This document shows, piece after piece, positions 37,795 through 46,148 of a stretch of 64,000 nt of DNA. Position 1 is the stretch's first letter. The number at the start of each line of letters is the position of its first letter. The DNA is from Lentisphaerota bacterium (lineage in GTDB: Bacteria > Verrucomicrobiota > Kiritimatiellia > UBA8416 > JABMPJ01). The notes under the pieces are model-generated. The model saw only the letters and a program-made list of their open reading frames with translations, was not told where the DNA came from and made no database searches. The DNA is taken from assembly GCA_013203785.1 (NCBI GenBank), contig JABMPJ010000161.1:10449-74448 (forward strand), in the 5' to 3' direction. The translations under genes were made by a program, and so were the position numbers.

Positions 37795-38357
37795 TGTCGG
37801 GTGTAAGCGGAACGACCAAGATGGATTGCCCGGCATGCGGCGTAACGATCACCGTGCCTATGGGCCCCAGCAACCGCACGTTCCAATGCCCGCGCTGCCT
37901 GAATGTCGTTGATCCCGTTGAGGCACCACCAGTTACGGAGGCACCAGCGGTAGTGGTGCCACCCCCACGCCAGGTTGAGCTCGCCCTCCCCGCACCGCCC
38001 CCGCAGGCTGCGGCCCCGCTGAAGCTCTCACCTCCCCCCCCAAAGCTGGAACCATTGCGGGAGACCCAGGCACTCGGGCAGGATCAGGGGCGGGAGCTGG
38101 ATAAAGCGCTGCGCGAACTCTCGCTGGAACGGGACAGCCTTCTGCGCCAAGTGGAAGACGCTCAAACAACCATCCGAGAGTTTACGCCCATTATCCAGCG
38201 CGTGGGTGAGTTGGAGTCCCGTATCTGGGAGCTGGGCACCACCTACCTCAAATGCCTGCAGCATCTCGGCGAGCTCGAAGCCGAAAACGAACGCCTCAGA
38301 CGCGCCCGCGCGCCCAAAGTCGATGCCCTCCCGGTGCGCTCGCGCGCGACGGCCTGA
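37791..38357 (+). CDS. zinc-ribbon - Pro-rich linker - coiled-coil protein
   Basis: 188 aa. MDCPACGVTITVP...FQCPRCLNVV zinc ribbon. PPVTEAPAVVVPPPR...PPPPK linker. C-terminal heptad-rich ELDKALRELSLERDSLLRQVEDAQTT...LEAENERLRR. ATGTGATG overlap with the upstream gene. Confidence 0.5.
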   Translation: MMSGVSGTTKMDCPACGVTITVPMGPSNRTFQCPRCLNVVDPVEAPPVTEAPAVVVPPPRQVELALPAPPPQAAAPLKLSPPPPKLEPLRETQALGQDQGRELDKALRELSLERDSLLRQVEDAQTTIREFTPIIQRVGELESRIWELGTTYLKCLQHLGELEAENERLRRARAPKVDALPVRSRATA

Positions 38358-38485
38358 GGGTCGCCGCATCCCGATTCCGTGACTCCATCTCCCTCTACAG
38401 CCCACAGCCTGGTCGTCTGCCATGGCCGAAGCTTAGGGAGTATCTGTGAGTTGTCATGGACCAGTGGATTCGAAGACATCACCGT

Positions 38486-38556
38486 TCTTCGTAATCGTAA
38501 TCTTGCTCGTAATCGTAATCCGAGTACGATTGCGGGCAGGATTACGATTACGGAAA
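38486..38556. repeat. ~71-bp palindromic CGTAATC-heptad element (copy B)
   Basis: TTCTTCGTAATCGTAATCTTGCTCGTAATCGTAATCCG|AGTACGATTGCGGGCAGGATTACGATTACGGAAAA. Arm mismatches are T/C transitions, which would still pair as G-U in RNA. About 85% identical to copy A. Confidence 0.8.
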
Positions 38557-38806
38557 ATACCAGTACAACAAACCGGAGAAGTGCCGTGCAGACTCCTCAT
38601 CCCCCAATTCCGCTTGAGCTTCATCTCGCTTCTGTGATAGGCCTGTCCGGTCGGTGAAGATCGACACTGTCTCCGAGCCATCCCCCCCTAAGGCTAGAGT
38701 GCTACGGGTTGATAGGCCGGTATAGGGCGTGGGCGGAAACGACCACGCCTCCCGGGGGGTGGCATACAATAGGTGTGCCATACCACCCATTGGAAAGGAG
38801 ACGGCA

Positions 38807-40021
38807 ATGATGACACCACTTGAGGCGTGGCAGAGCATTGGTCTGCACACGCAGCCGCTACCTGCAACCCATCGATCCCTCGCGTCGGCCACGGGATATG
38901 TCCTGTCCGAAGCGGTGGTCGCAGATCGCGACGTACCACCCGTCAACCGCGCCGCCATGGACGGCTACGCCGTGCGGGCCGAGGACCTCGCGTCCTGCCC
39001 TGCCACACTCACCCTTATAGGCGAAGTGGCCGCCGGATCCGATGCCACTCCCCTCGTCAGTCAGGGCGAATGCGTGGCGATCTACACCGGTGCCAATGTC
39101 CCCCCAGGTGCCGATAGCGTGATCATGGTTGAAGAGACGGAAGCGGCGGGCACAACGATCCGCTTTCTCAAACCGCCCCGCTCCGGGCAGCATATCTTCC
39201 GCCAGGGCGAGAATGCCCAGCGGGGCGAGATCCTATTGGAAGCCGGGGTCGTTCTGGGCGCAGCAGAAGTCGGCGTATGCGCCGCGGTGGGTGTGGATCG
39301 CCCCTCTGTTTTCGGACGGCCGCGCGTGGCGATTCTCTCTACCGGGGCCGAACTGTTGGATGCCAGCGAGGAGGTCGAAGCCCACCAGCTGCGTAACTCG
39401 AACGGGCCCATGCTCGTAGCAGGCCTAACGGCTGCCGGATTCGAGGTGACCCACTGCCGCGCCGTGGATGACGATGAGGAGCGGATCGTTCAAGGCATAC
39501 GCGATCTGCTCTCGACATGCGACTGCCTCATTCTGACCGGAGGTGTTTCCGTCGGCAAGTATGACCTGGTCCCACAGGCCATTCAACAGGCCGGGGGCAC
39601 GGTACATTTCCACGGCGTCGCGATCAAACCGGGAAAGCCCCAACTCTTTGCGACCACCGACGCGGGCAAGATCCTTTATGGTCTGCCCGGCAACCCGCTC
39701 AGCTCGATGGTCGGTTTACAGGAGTTTATTCTGCCCGCCCTGCGCCGCATGGCCGGCACCCCGGTCGAGCGCTGCCGGCCAATGCTGAAGGTCCACCTCG
39801 GAGCAGACATCGGCGGCAAGACCGGCCGACTGCGCCACAACATGGTCTCACTGGTGTCGGACGAGACGTGGGGCATGGTGGCTATGCCGGTCACCCACAG
39901 CGGCTCGGCCGATCTGATTGCCGGGGCCCGCGCCGATGGCACCGTCATCATACCGGCAGACGTCGCCAGTATACCGGCTGGCAAGATGGTGCATTTTTGT
40001 CCGTGGAGAACGATCGGATGA
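38807..40021 (+). CDS. moeA: molybdopterin molybdenumtransferase MoeA
   Basis: ORF from 38729; preferred ATG 38807 after AAAGGAG RBS. MoeA N-terminal, MoCF-binding GGVSVGKYD and C-terminal domains. Confidence 0.9.
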   Translation: MMTPLEAWQSIGLHTQPLPATHRSLASATGYVLSEAVVADRDVPPVNRAAMDGYAVRAEDLASCPATLTLIGEVAAGSDATPLVSQGECVAIYTGANVPPGADSVIMVEETEAAGTTIRFLKPPRSGQHIFRQGENAQRGEILLEAGVVLGAAEVGVCAAVGVDRPSVFGRPRVAILSTGAELLDASEEVEAHQLRNSNGPMLVAGLTAAGFEVTHCRAVDDDEERIVQGIRDLLSTCDCLILTGGVSVGKYDLVPQAIQQAGGTVHFHGVAIKPGKPQLFATTDAGKILYGLPGNPLSSMVGLQEFILPALRRMAGTPVERCRPMLKVHLGADIGGKTGRLRHNMVSLVSDETWGMVAMPVTHSGSADLIAGARADGTVIIPADVASIPAGKMVHFCPWRTIG

Positions 40022-40992
40022 TCGCACCCGCCCCAGATCGCACGCTCTCGCTGCGAGTGTCGGTCACCGACCGCTGTCAGCTACGCTGCACCTATTGCAT
40101 GCCGGAGGAGGGCGTCGATCCCTGCGCCCATGCCGACATTCTGCGGTACGAAGAGATCGCCACGCTGGTGGCCATGCTGAAGGATGAGTTCAGTCTGGGC
40201 AAGGTCCGCATCACCGGCGGCGACCCTCTCGTGCGACCCAACATCGAGACGCTGGTCGGTATGTTGAGTCGTATGGATATTCCGGAGCTGGCCCTAACCA
40301 CCAACGGACAGGCCCTGGCCGACAAGGTTGATCCGTTGCGCGATGCCGGACTGCACCGCGTCAATATCAGCCTCGACAGTTTGGATCCCGACACCTTCCG
40401 CACGCTGACACGGGGGGGGGATGTCACACGCACCCTCGCGGGCATCCGCGCCGCCGTGCGGGGAGGATTGACCCCCGTAAAGCTCAACATGGTGGTGATG
40501 CGTGGCGTCAACGACCACGAAGTTCAGGCGATGCTCTCCTTCGCACTCAATGAGGGCTGCGAACTGCGTTTTCTGGAACTGATGCCAGCCGGGTTGGACG
40601 GGGACGAATTCGAGCAGCGCTACATCTCATGCTCCGACATCTGCAAGGCGCTCAAGACGGAATTCAAGGTGGAGCCCCTGCCCCTCAGATCCGGCGAGAC
40701 CAGTCAGATGCACGAGGTCGAATCGCCTGCCAAGGTCCGCGGCCAGTTCGGCATCATCACCCCCACCAGCCACCCCTTCTGCACAGGCTGTCGGCGACTG
40801 CGTCTCACGGCTGACGGGCACCTGATCGGATGCCTGGCCCGACAAGACCGCATCTTCATCCGACCATTCCTGGATACCTCAACTGATGCCAAACGCCAGG
40901 AACTCTTCAGGGCCGTAAAAGAAGCCATGGGCCACAAACGCTCGGATGCCGTCTTCGAAACGCAACCGTCCATGGCAAGGATCGGCGGATGA
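40018..40992 (+). CDS. moaA: GTP 3',8-cyclase MoaA (radical SAM)
   Basis: ATGA overlap with moeA stop. LRVSVTDRCQLRCTYCMPEEG (CxxxCxxC) and C-terminal CTGCRRLRLTADG auxiliary-cluster motif. Confidence 0.9.
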   Translation: MIAPAPDRTLSLRVSVTDRCQLRCTYCMPEEGVDPCAHADILRYEEIATLVAMLKDEFSLGKVRITGGDPLVRPNIETLVGMLSRMDIPELALTTNGQALADKVDPLRDAGLHRVNISLDSLDPDTFRTLTRGGDVTRTLAGIRAAVRGGLTPVKLNMVVMRGVNDHEVQAMLSFALNEGCELRFLELMPAGLDGDEFEQRYISCSDICKALKTEFKVEPLPLRSGETSQMHEVESPAKVRGQFGIITPTSHPFCTGCRRLRLTADGHLIGCLARQDRIFIRPFLDTSTDAKRQELFRAVKEAMGHKRSDAVFETQPSMARIGG

Positions 40993-42164
40993 TCGGAATC
41001 CGATTTGATCGCAACGAGCTGGCCGGTGCCTTTGGGGATATCGGCACAGATTTTCCTCTGATCACAGGGATGATCCTCGCATCGGGGATGAATCCGGCCG
41101 CAGTCCTGACCATCTTCGGCGCTCTGCAAATCGCGTCGGGCCTGCTTTACCGCATGCCGATGCCGGTACAGCCCCTCAAGGCCGTGGCCGCCCTGGCCAT
41201 TGCCGGCAATCTCGCTCCGGAGACCATCATGGGCGGCGGCCTGGCCATTGGGATCGTCATGCTGGTGCTGGTGGCTACAGGCCTGATCAACTGGTGCGCA
41301 CGGGTGATCCCCAAACCCGTCATCCGAGGGATTCAGTTTGGGCTGGGTCTGAAACTGGCCCTACTGGCCATGGGCAACTACATGCTGCGAGACGGATGGT
41401 CCGGTGCCGTGCTGGCGGCGCTTAGCTTCGGCTTCATCGTCTATTTCTTGGGGCACCGCAGGTACCCACCGGCCATTCTGGTCATCGGGCTCGGGCTGCT
41501 CTATGCGCTGCTCTTTCGTAACCCAGCCGCTGCCGGTGCCCTGACCCCCGGTTTCGTGCTGCCCACTCTGCGAGTGCCCGCCGCCCATGATATCTGGCAG
41601 GGCTTTCTGCTGCTTGCGCTCGCGCAGATCCCCCTCTCGCTGGGCAACTCGGTTCTAGCCACACAACAGATCGCGCATGATCTCTATCCCGAACGGAACA
41701 TCACGGTTCGCCGCATTGGACTCTCCTTTTCTCTCTTCAATATCGTCGCACCCTTCTTCGGTGGCATTCCGGTCTGCCACGGCTCCGGCGGTATCGCGGG
41801 CCACCACACCTTCGGCGGCAGGACGGGGGGCTCGGTCCTGCTTTACGGAGGCTTCTACCTCCTGATCGGACTCTGCTTCAGTCGAGGGTTCGGCCAGATC
41901 ATCAACTTTTTCCCCATGCCGGTCCTGGGCGTGATCCTGCTCTTCGAGGGGCTCCTCCTGATGCGTTTCATAAGTGATACGGTGACCGACCACGTGGCCT
42001 TTCCTCTGGCATTGCTGGTGGGGCTGGCGGCGGCAGGCTTGCCCTATGGTTTTTTGATCGGGCTGGTCGGGGGCACCCTCCTCGACATCCTCGCACGTCG
42101 CTTCAACCTGGGACTGTTCGCCGTTCCTACACACATCCAAACGAAGAGAGAGAAGCAACCATGA
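40989..42164 (+). CDS. MOT1-family (SulP-related) putative molybdate transporter
   Basis: 391 aa, ~10 TM. N-terminal [19 protein letters not shown] resembles the conserved SGA.GDLGT.IPI block of MOT1-type transporters. Embedded in the moa operon (ATGA overlaps both sides). Confidence 0.55.
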   Translation: MIGIRFDRNELAGAFGDIGTDFPLITGMILASGMNPAAVLTIFGALQIASGLLYRMPMPVQPLKAVAALAIAGNLAPETIMGGGLAIGIVMLVLVATGLINWCARVIPKPVIRGIQFGLGLKLALLAMGNYMLRDGWSGAVLAALSFGFIVYFLGHRRYPPAILVIGLGLLYALLFRNPAAAGALTPGFVLPTLRVPAAHDIWQGFLLLALAQIPLSLGNSVLATQQIAHDLYPERNITVRRIGLSFSLFNIVAPFFGGIPVCHGSGGIAGHHTFGGRTGGSVLLYGGFYLLIGLCFSRGFGQIINFFPMPVLGVILLFEGLLLMRFISDTVTDHVAFPLALLVGLAAAGLPYGFLIGLVGGTLLDILARRFNLGLFAVPTHIQTKREKQP

Positions 42165-42655
42165 CCGAACCTAGTTTTGCACATCTATCTGAGAGCGGGC
42201 AGGCCTGTATGGTCGACGTCGGCGACAAGCCGCGCTCCGTGCGGACCGCACGCGCCGAGGCACGCATCGCAGTGGGCAAACCCATCGCAGATCGCCTGCG
42301 CGACACGGGTGCCATAGGCAAAGGCAACGTGGTGGAAACCGCCAGGATTGCCGGTATCATGGCTGCCAAGCGCACATCCAATCTGATTCCGATGTGCCAT
42401 CCCCTGCTCCTGGATCATGTGGCCGTCACAGCCGACTGGGAGGGCGACGTTCTGCGTATCGAGAGTAGCGTGCGCTGCGCCGGTGTGACCGGTGTGGAGA
42501 TGGAAGCCCTGACGGCCGCATCGGTGGCGGCCTTGACGGTGTATGACATGTGTAAATCAGCCGGTAAGGGCATTGTGATAGAGTCGCTGCGACTGCTGGA
42601 GAAGACCGGCGGCAAGTCGGGCGACTGGAAGGCCTACAGCACGGAGAGTCACTGA
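42161..42655 (+). CDS. moaC: cyclic pyranopterin monophosphate synthase MoaC
   Basis: 164 aa. MVDVGDK...[23 protein letters not shown]...[21 protein letters not shown]. Confidence 0.92.
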   Translation: MTEPSFAHLSESGQACMVDVGDKPRSVRTARAEARIAVGKPIADRLRDTGAIGKGNVVETARIAGIMAAKRTSNLIPMCHPLLLDHVAVTADWEGDVLRIESSVRCAGVTGVEMEALTAASVAALTVYDMCKSAGKGIVIESLRLLEKTGGKSGDWKAYSTESH

Positions 42656-43611
42656 TGACGGATCAACCAACAGGTAGGATTGAAGCAATCTGTCTCAGCG
42701 AGAAGAAGGGCGAGCGCAAGAAACCCGTCGAACGGGCACGGCTCCTGACCCAGCAGGGATTTGAGGGCGATGCGCATGCGGGTGACTGGCACCGTCAGGT
42801 CAGTCTGCTGGCCGCGAATGATATCGCGGATATGCGCGCCAAGGGACTGCCCAATCTTAAGGCCGGAGATTTTGCTGAGAACGTGATCGTCTCGGGGCTC
42901 GATCTGGGCCCCCTCGGTCTGGGCAGCCGGATCAAGATCGGCCAGGACGTCGAACTCATGATCTCTCAGCTCGGCAAGACCTGCCACGCCCACTGCGCCA
43001 TCTACCACCAGACTGGTGACTGCATTATGCCCCGCCTGGGCGTTTTTGCACGCGTCGCTGCCGGAGGCGAAATCGCCGAGGGCGACGAGGTCCAGGTCAT
43101 CCAATGCGTACCGCGCAAGGCCATGCAGATGGTGGTCCTGACGATCAGCGACCGCTGCTCGCGCGGCGAGACCGAAGATACGGCGGGCCCGGGCGTGGCG
43201 GCACTCCTGGAGTCAGAACTGGACTGCCATCTCTACCGCTTGGAGGTCATTCCCGACGAGCAGGAGCAGATCGCCGAACGGATGCGCCACTATGCCGATG
43301 GACACACGATTGATCTGGTCGTGGCCGTGGGCGGCACCGGCTTCTCGCCGCGCGACGTGACACCCGAGGCCGTGCGAGCGGTGATTGAGCGCCCCACCCC
43401 AGGGCTCGACGAGGCCATGCGCGCCGCCTCCATGGCCAAGACCCCGCACGCCATGCTCTCGCGCAGCACCTCCGGCATCCGCCAACAAACCCTCATCATC
43501 TCCACGCCCGGCTCCGAACGGGCCTCCCGCGAAAGTGTAGAGGCGATCCTACCCGGCCTGAAGCACGGCCTCCGCAAACTACGAGGCGACCCAACCGATT
43601 GCGGGCGATAA
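42655..43611 (+). CDS. MOSC domain - MogA/MoaB fusion protein
   Basis: 318 aa. N-terminal MOSC-like (ICLSEKKGERKK...GDFAENVIVSGLDL...GKTCHAHCAIY). C-terminal MogA/MoaB (MVVLTISDR...VAVGGTGFSPRDVTPEAV). Confidence 0.75.
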   Translation: MTDQPTGRIEAICLSEKKGERKKPVERARLLTQQGFEGDAHAGDWHRQVSLLAANDIADMRAKGLPNLKAGDFAENVIVSGLDLGPLGLGSRIKIGQDVELMISQLGKTCHAHCAIYHQTGDCIMPRLGVFARVAAGGEIAEGDEVQVIQCVPRKAMQMVVLTISDRCSRGETEDTAGPGVAALLESELDCHLYRLEVIPDEQEQIAERMRHYADGHTIDLVVAVGGTGFSPRDVTPEAVRAVIERPTPGLDEAMRAASMAKTPHAMLSRSTSGIRQQTLIISTPGSERASRESVEAILPGLKHGLRKLRGDPTDCGR

Positions 43612-43827
43612 TTGATTGTCAACTATTGGCTTCATGGGATCGATTCGGCCCCAGATCATCGTGTCACAGCTCGATGTCACGGCTTGTCGTAAACCGTGTC
43701 GTGATTCTGGCGCGATCCATGGCGCGAACATCTCATAACATCCTCATATTCATATGACAACGCGTATGGAAACCCTCAGCTCCAGCATTGTCTCTTCGGT
43801 GCGAAGAGAACTGGGCTGTCGCGCTTG

Positions 43828-44886
43828 TCATATGTTTGACCTCTTCTCGCCTTTGCTCAGTCGTAGCGCCACCTTGTCGAAATCCGACTCCTTGTGGTCT
43901 TCTGCGACAATACATCGACGATTGAACGTCTCGTACTCGCCCTCGGCTCGCGCAACGGCCATCTCATGGGATATTTTTCCCGCGTGCGTCAGGATGTCTC
44001 GTTCATTCAAGTTTAGAAATGCATCCAGCTTGGCACTCCAGTCCGTCATGTGCATCGGGACACGCCGCATCGCTCGCCCCTCGGCAAAAATCAGGTATTG
44101 CTCGACCAGGTTGTTCAGCGCCAGAAGTTCCTCCTCGGCCAAGTAGTTCTTTGCGATCGTGACGTCTGCCTTACGCAGCTTGTTGCCGCGCCAATTTGTC
44201 AGCCCCATGTTCTTCTTCTCGGCATCGACACGGTCGTGGATGATTTCGGCAGCCGTCATGCCGGTTATGGCCCAGTGCATCTTGTTTTGCACGGTCCTGA
44301 AGAAGTCGATGCTGATTTCCTGCGTGGGATCATAGTCGACGCTCGTGGCGTAAATATCAGTGATCTTCTGGTAGAAGCGACGTTCAGACGTCCGTATATC
44401 CTGAATTCGCCGCAGGAGCTCTTCAAAGTAGTCGAACGGCTGGTCTGGATTCTTGAGTCGCTCATCGTCCAAAAGGAATCCCTTGACCAGATACTCACCG
44501 AGCCGTTGCGTGGCCCACTGGCGGAAACGCGTAGCCACATGGGATTTCACGCGATAACCCACGGAGATGATCATATCCAGATTGTAGTAATCCAATTCCC
44601 GCTGAACATTCCTTGCCCCCTCCTGGCGAACCGTTAAGGATTTCTTAACAGTTGCCTCCGGAGCCAACTCACCCTCCTCATAGACATTCCGGATGTGCAT
44701 GCTGATGTTAGGAACCGTGGTCTGAAACAGCTCTGCCATAAGTTGCTGCGTCAGCCAGACGGTCTCGTTCTCCAGGCGCACCTCGATACGGGGTGTACCG
44801 TCCGCATCCTGGTAGACCAGCACCTCGCCGTGGGATTCGGCCTTCTCGGGGCTGACAGAATCATATTTTGCTGGCTTGTTGCTCAC
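43828..44886 (-). CDS. rhuM: RhuM-family virulence/Fic-DOC-associated protein
   Basis: 352 aa. EVLVYQDADGTPRIEVRLENETVWLTQQLMAELFQ...YYNLDMIISVGYRVKSHVATRFRQWATQRL is the canonical RhuM N-terminal block. Confidence 0.8.
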   Translation of the reverse strand: MSNKPAKYDSVSPEKAESHGEVLVYQDADGTPRIEVRLENETVWLTQQLMAELFQTTVPNISMHIRNVYEEGELAPEATVKKSLTVRQEGARNVQRELDYYNLDMIISVGYRVKSHVATRFRQWATQRLGEYLVKGFLLDDERLKNPDQPFDYFEELLRRIQDIRTSERRFYQKITDIYATSVDYDPTQEISIDFFRTVQNKMHWAITGMTAAEIIHDRVDAEKKNMGLTNWRGNKLRKADVTIAKNYLAEEELLALNNLVEQYLIFAEGRAMRRVPMHMTDWSAKLDAFLNLNERDILTHAGKISHEMAVARAEGEYETFNRRCIVAEDHKESDFDKVALRLSKGEKRSNI

Positions 44887-45320
44887 ACCTTCACCTCCAC
44901 CGTGATGCTTGCATCTAAGCCAAATGTCTGTCCCACCTTCGCGCAGGCCGTGTATGTGCCCTTCAACGGGTCCTGTACAAGCACATCGGCAGGAATGCCC
45001 AATCCGTTGTAAAGCTTGCGAATCATAGCCAAACTCAGTGGGCGTTTCCGGTTCAATACCTCTGACACCTTGCTCTTGCTTCCGATATGGGGAACAAGAT
45101 CAGCCTGCTTCAATCCCTGCTGTTCCATGCGGAACTTGAGGGCGTCAATGGGGTCTGGCATGGCAATTGGATACTGCGCAGCCTCGAACTCCTCGACGAG
45201 ATGCAGAAGCAATTCAAGCTCATCGCCCTCGGCGGTGCCAGGGCTTGCATTGAATATCGCATCGATGCGCGCCAGTGCCGCTTCGTGGTCTGCTTTCGTT
45301 CTGATGAGTCGAACATTCAT
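44883..45320 (-). CDS. HigA-family HTH (XRE-type) antitoxin-like protein, no cognate HigB detected
   Basis: 145 aa. C-terminal GLKQADLVPHIGSKSKVSEVLNRKRPLSLAMIRKLYNGLGIPADVL matches the HigA block (GLT.SDL..IGSKS.VS.VL.GKR.LTL....KLA..FGISP). 4-nt overlap with the downstream rhuM. Confidence 0.6.
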   Translation of the reverse strand: MNVRLIRTKADHEAALARIDAIFNASPGTAEGDELELLLHLVEEFEAAQYPIAMPDPIDALKFRMEQQGLKQADLVPHIGSKSKVSEVLNRKRPLSLAMIRKLYNGLGIPADVLVQDPLKGTYTACAKVGQTFGLDASITVEVKV

Positions 45321-45560
45321 TAGACAGTCTCCGCGTCAACTCGATCATATTCCCTATGTGTCCCGACGAATCGTAGGTTCACTGTAGCAAATCTATGCTC
45401 ATAATCGATATGAATCCTCGCTATGCGAGGTCTGAACCACGGTCTTTGGTTTTCATGCGGCATAGTAGATAGGGATGCGGCGGTACGACGAACACCTGAT
45501 CGGCCTCGGAATCGGCCTCGTTATCGCTATCGATATTCGACTGCGAGGCCGAAGGAGCCA

Positions 45561-45962
45561 CTAGTCCAAGAAATTCTGCAGCGTCGTTTCGCTTAGCACG
45601 CTGTCGATCCCGACTTGGGCCTGAACGAGGCAGCGGTGCAGGCGGCAATTGTGCTTATTCTGGCAGCAGCCATGCGGCCGAACACACTGGTTCAGTGTGA
45701 CGGCTCCTTGGACCGACTCCAAGACGGCCAACAGCGTGATTTCATGCGGATCACGCGCCAGACGTACCCCTCCGCTGCGCCCCTTGACTGATTCCACGAT
45801 GCCGCTCTTCACCAGGCGCTGCAGAATCTTGCGCAGGAGGGGCTCGGGTAGGGATTCCTCGGCCGCAATATGCTTGGCGCTCTCAACCGAATCAGCCTCC
45901 ACCCCGGCCAGTCTCACCAGGCAGCGGAAGGCGTAATCGGTCTCTTTACGAATAATGTCCAT
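45561..45962 (-). CDS. Rrf2-family transcriptional regulator with 3-Cys (Fe-S) motif (IscR/NsrR-like)
   Basis: 133 aa. wHTH ESLPEPLLRKILQRLVKSGIVESVKGRSGGVRLA. Cys cluster CVRPHGCCQNKHNCRLHRC. Confidence 0.85.
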   Translation of the reverse strand: MDIIRKETDYAFRCLVRLAGVEADSVESAKHIAAEESLPEPLLRKILQRLVKSGIVESVKGRSGGVRLARDPHEITLLAVLESVQGAVTLNQCVRPHGCCQNKHNCRLHRCLVQAQVGIDSVLSETTLQNFLD

Positions 45963-45992
45963 TTTGTGTTTTCCTACTTGATCGGGAAAGAG

Positions 45993-46005
45993 GACTAATT
46001 TAGTC
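45993..46005. promoter_or_regulatory. 13-bp palindrome GACTAATTTAGTC in the Rrf2 / respiratory-operon divergent promoter region
   Basis: AT-rich palindrome 30 nt upstream of the Rrf2 start. Resembles Rrf2-family (NsrR/IscR-type) operator architecture. Confidence 0.35.
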
Positions 46006-46148
46006 TTCTTTTACTTGGAATGCAAATCATCCCGAGCCGAAATCACCGTTGGACCCGTTCAGCTGAGAGAGAATAGTCGAAGCCATGGGATCTGACAACT
46101 GCCACAGCGTGGTAGAGACGAAGGCGGACAGGGAGAGACGGGATCAGA

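Noticed and set aside
25918-38556. Heptad-repeat elements considered as a CRISPR array or as boundaries of a 12.5-kb mobile element
   Set aside because: There are no spacer-repeat alternations; each unit is a self-complementary palindrome. The intervening 12.5 kb contains ordinary core genes (apbC, eda, nfo) with core-like composition. A REP/MITE-like dispersed repeat is more parsimonious.
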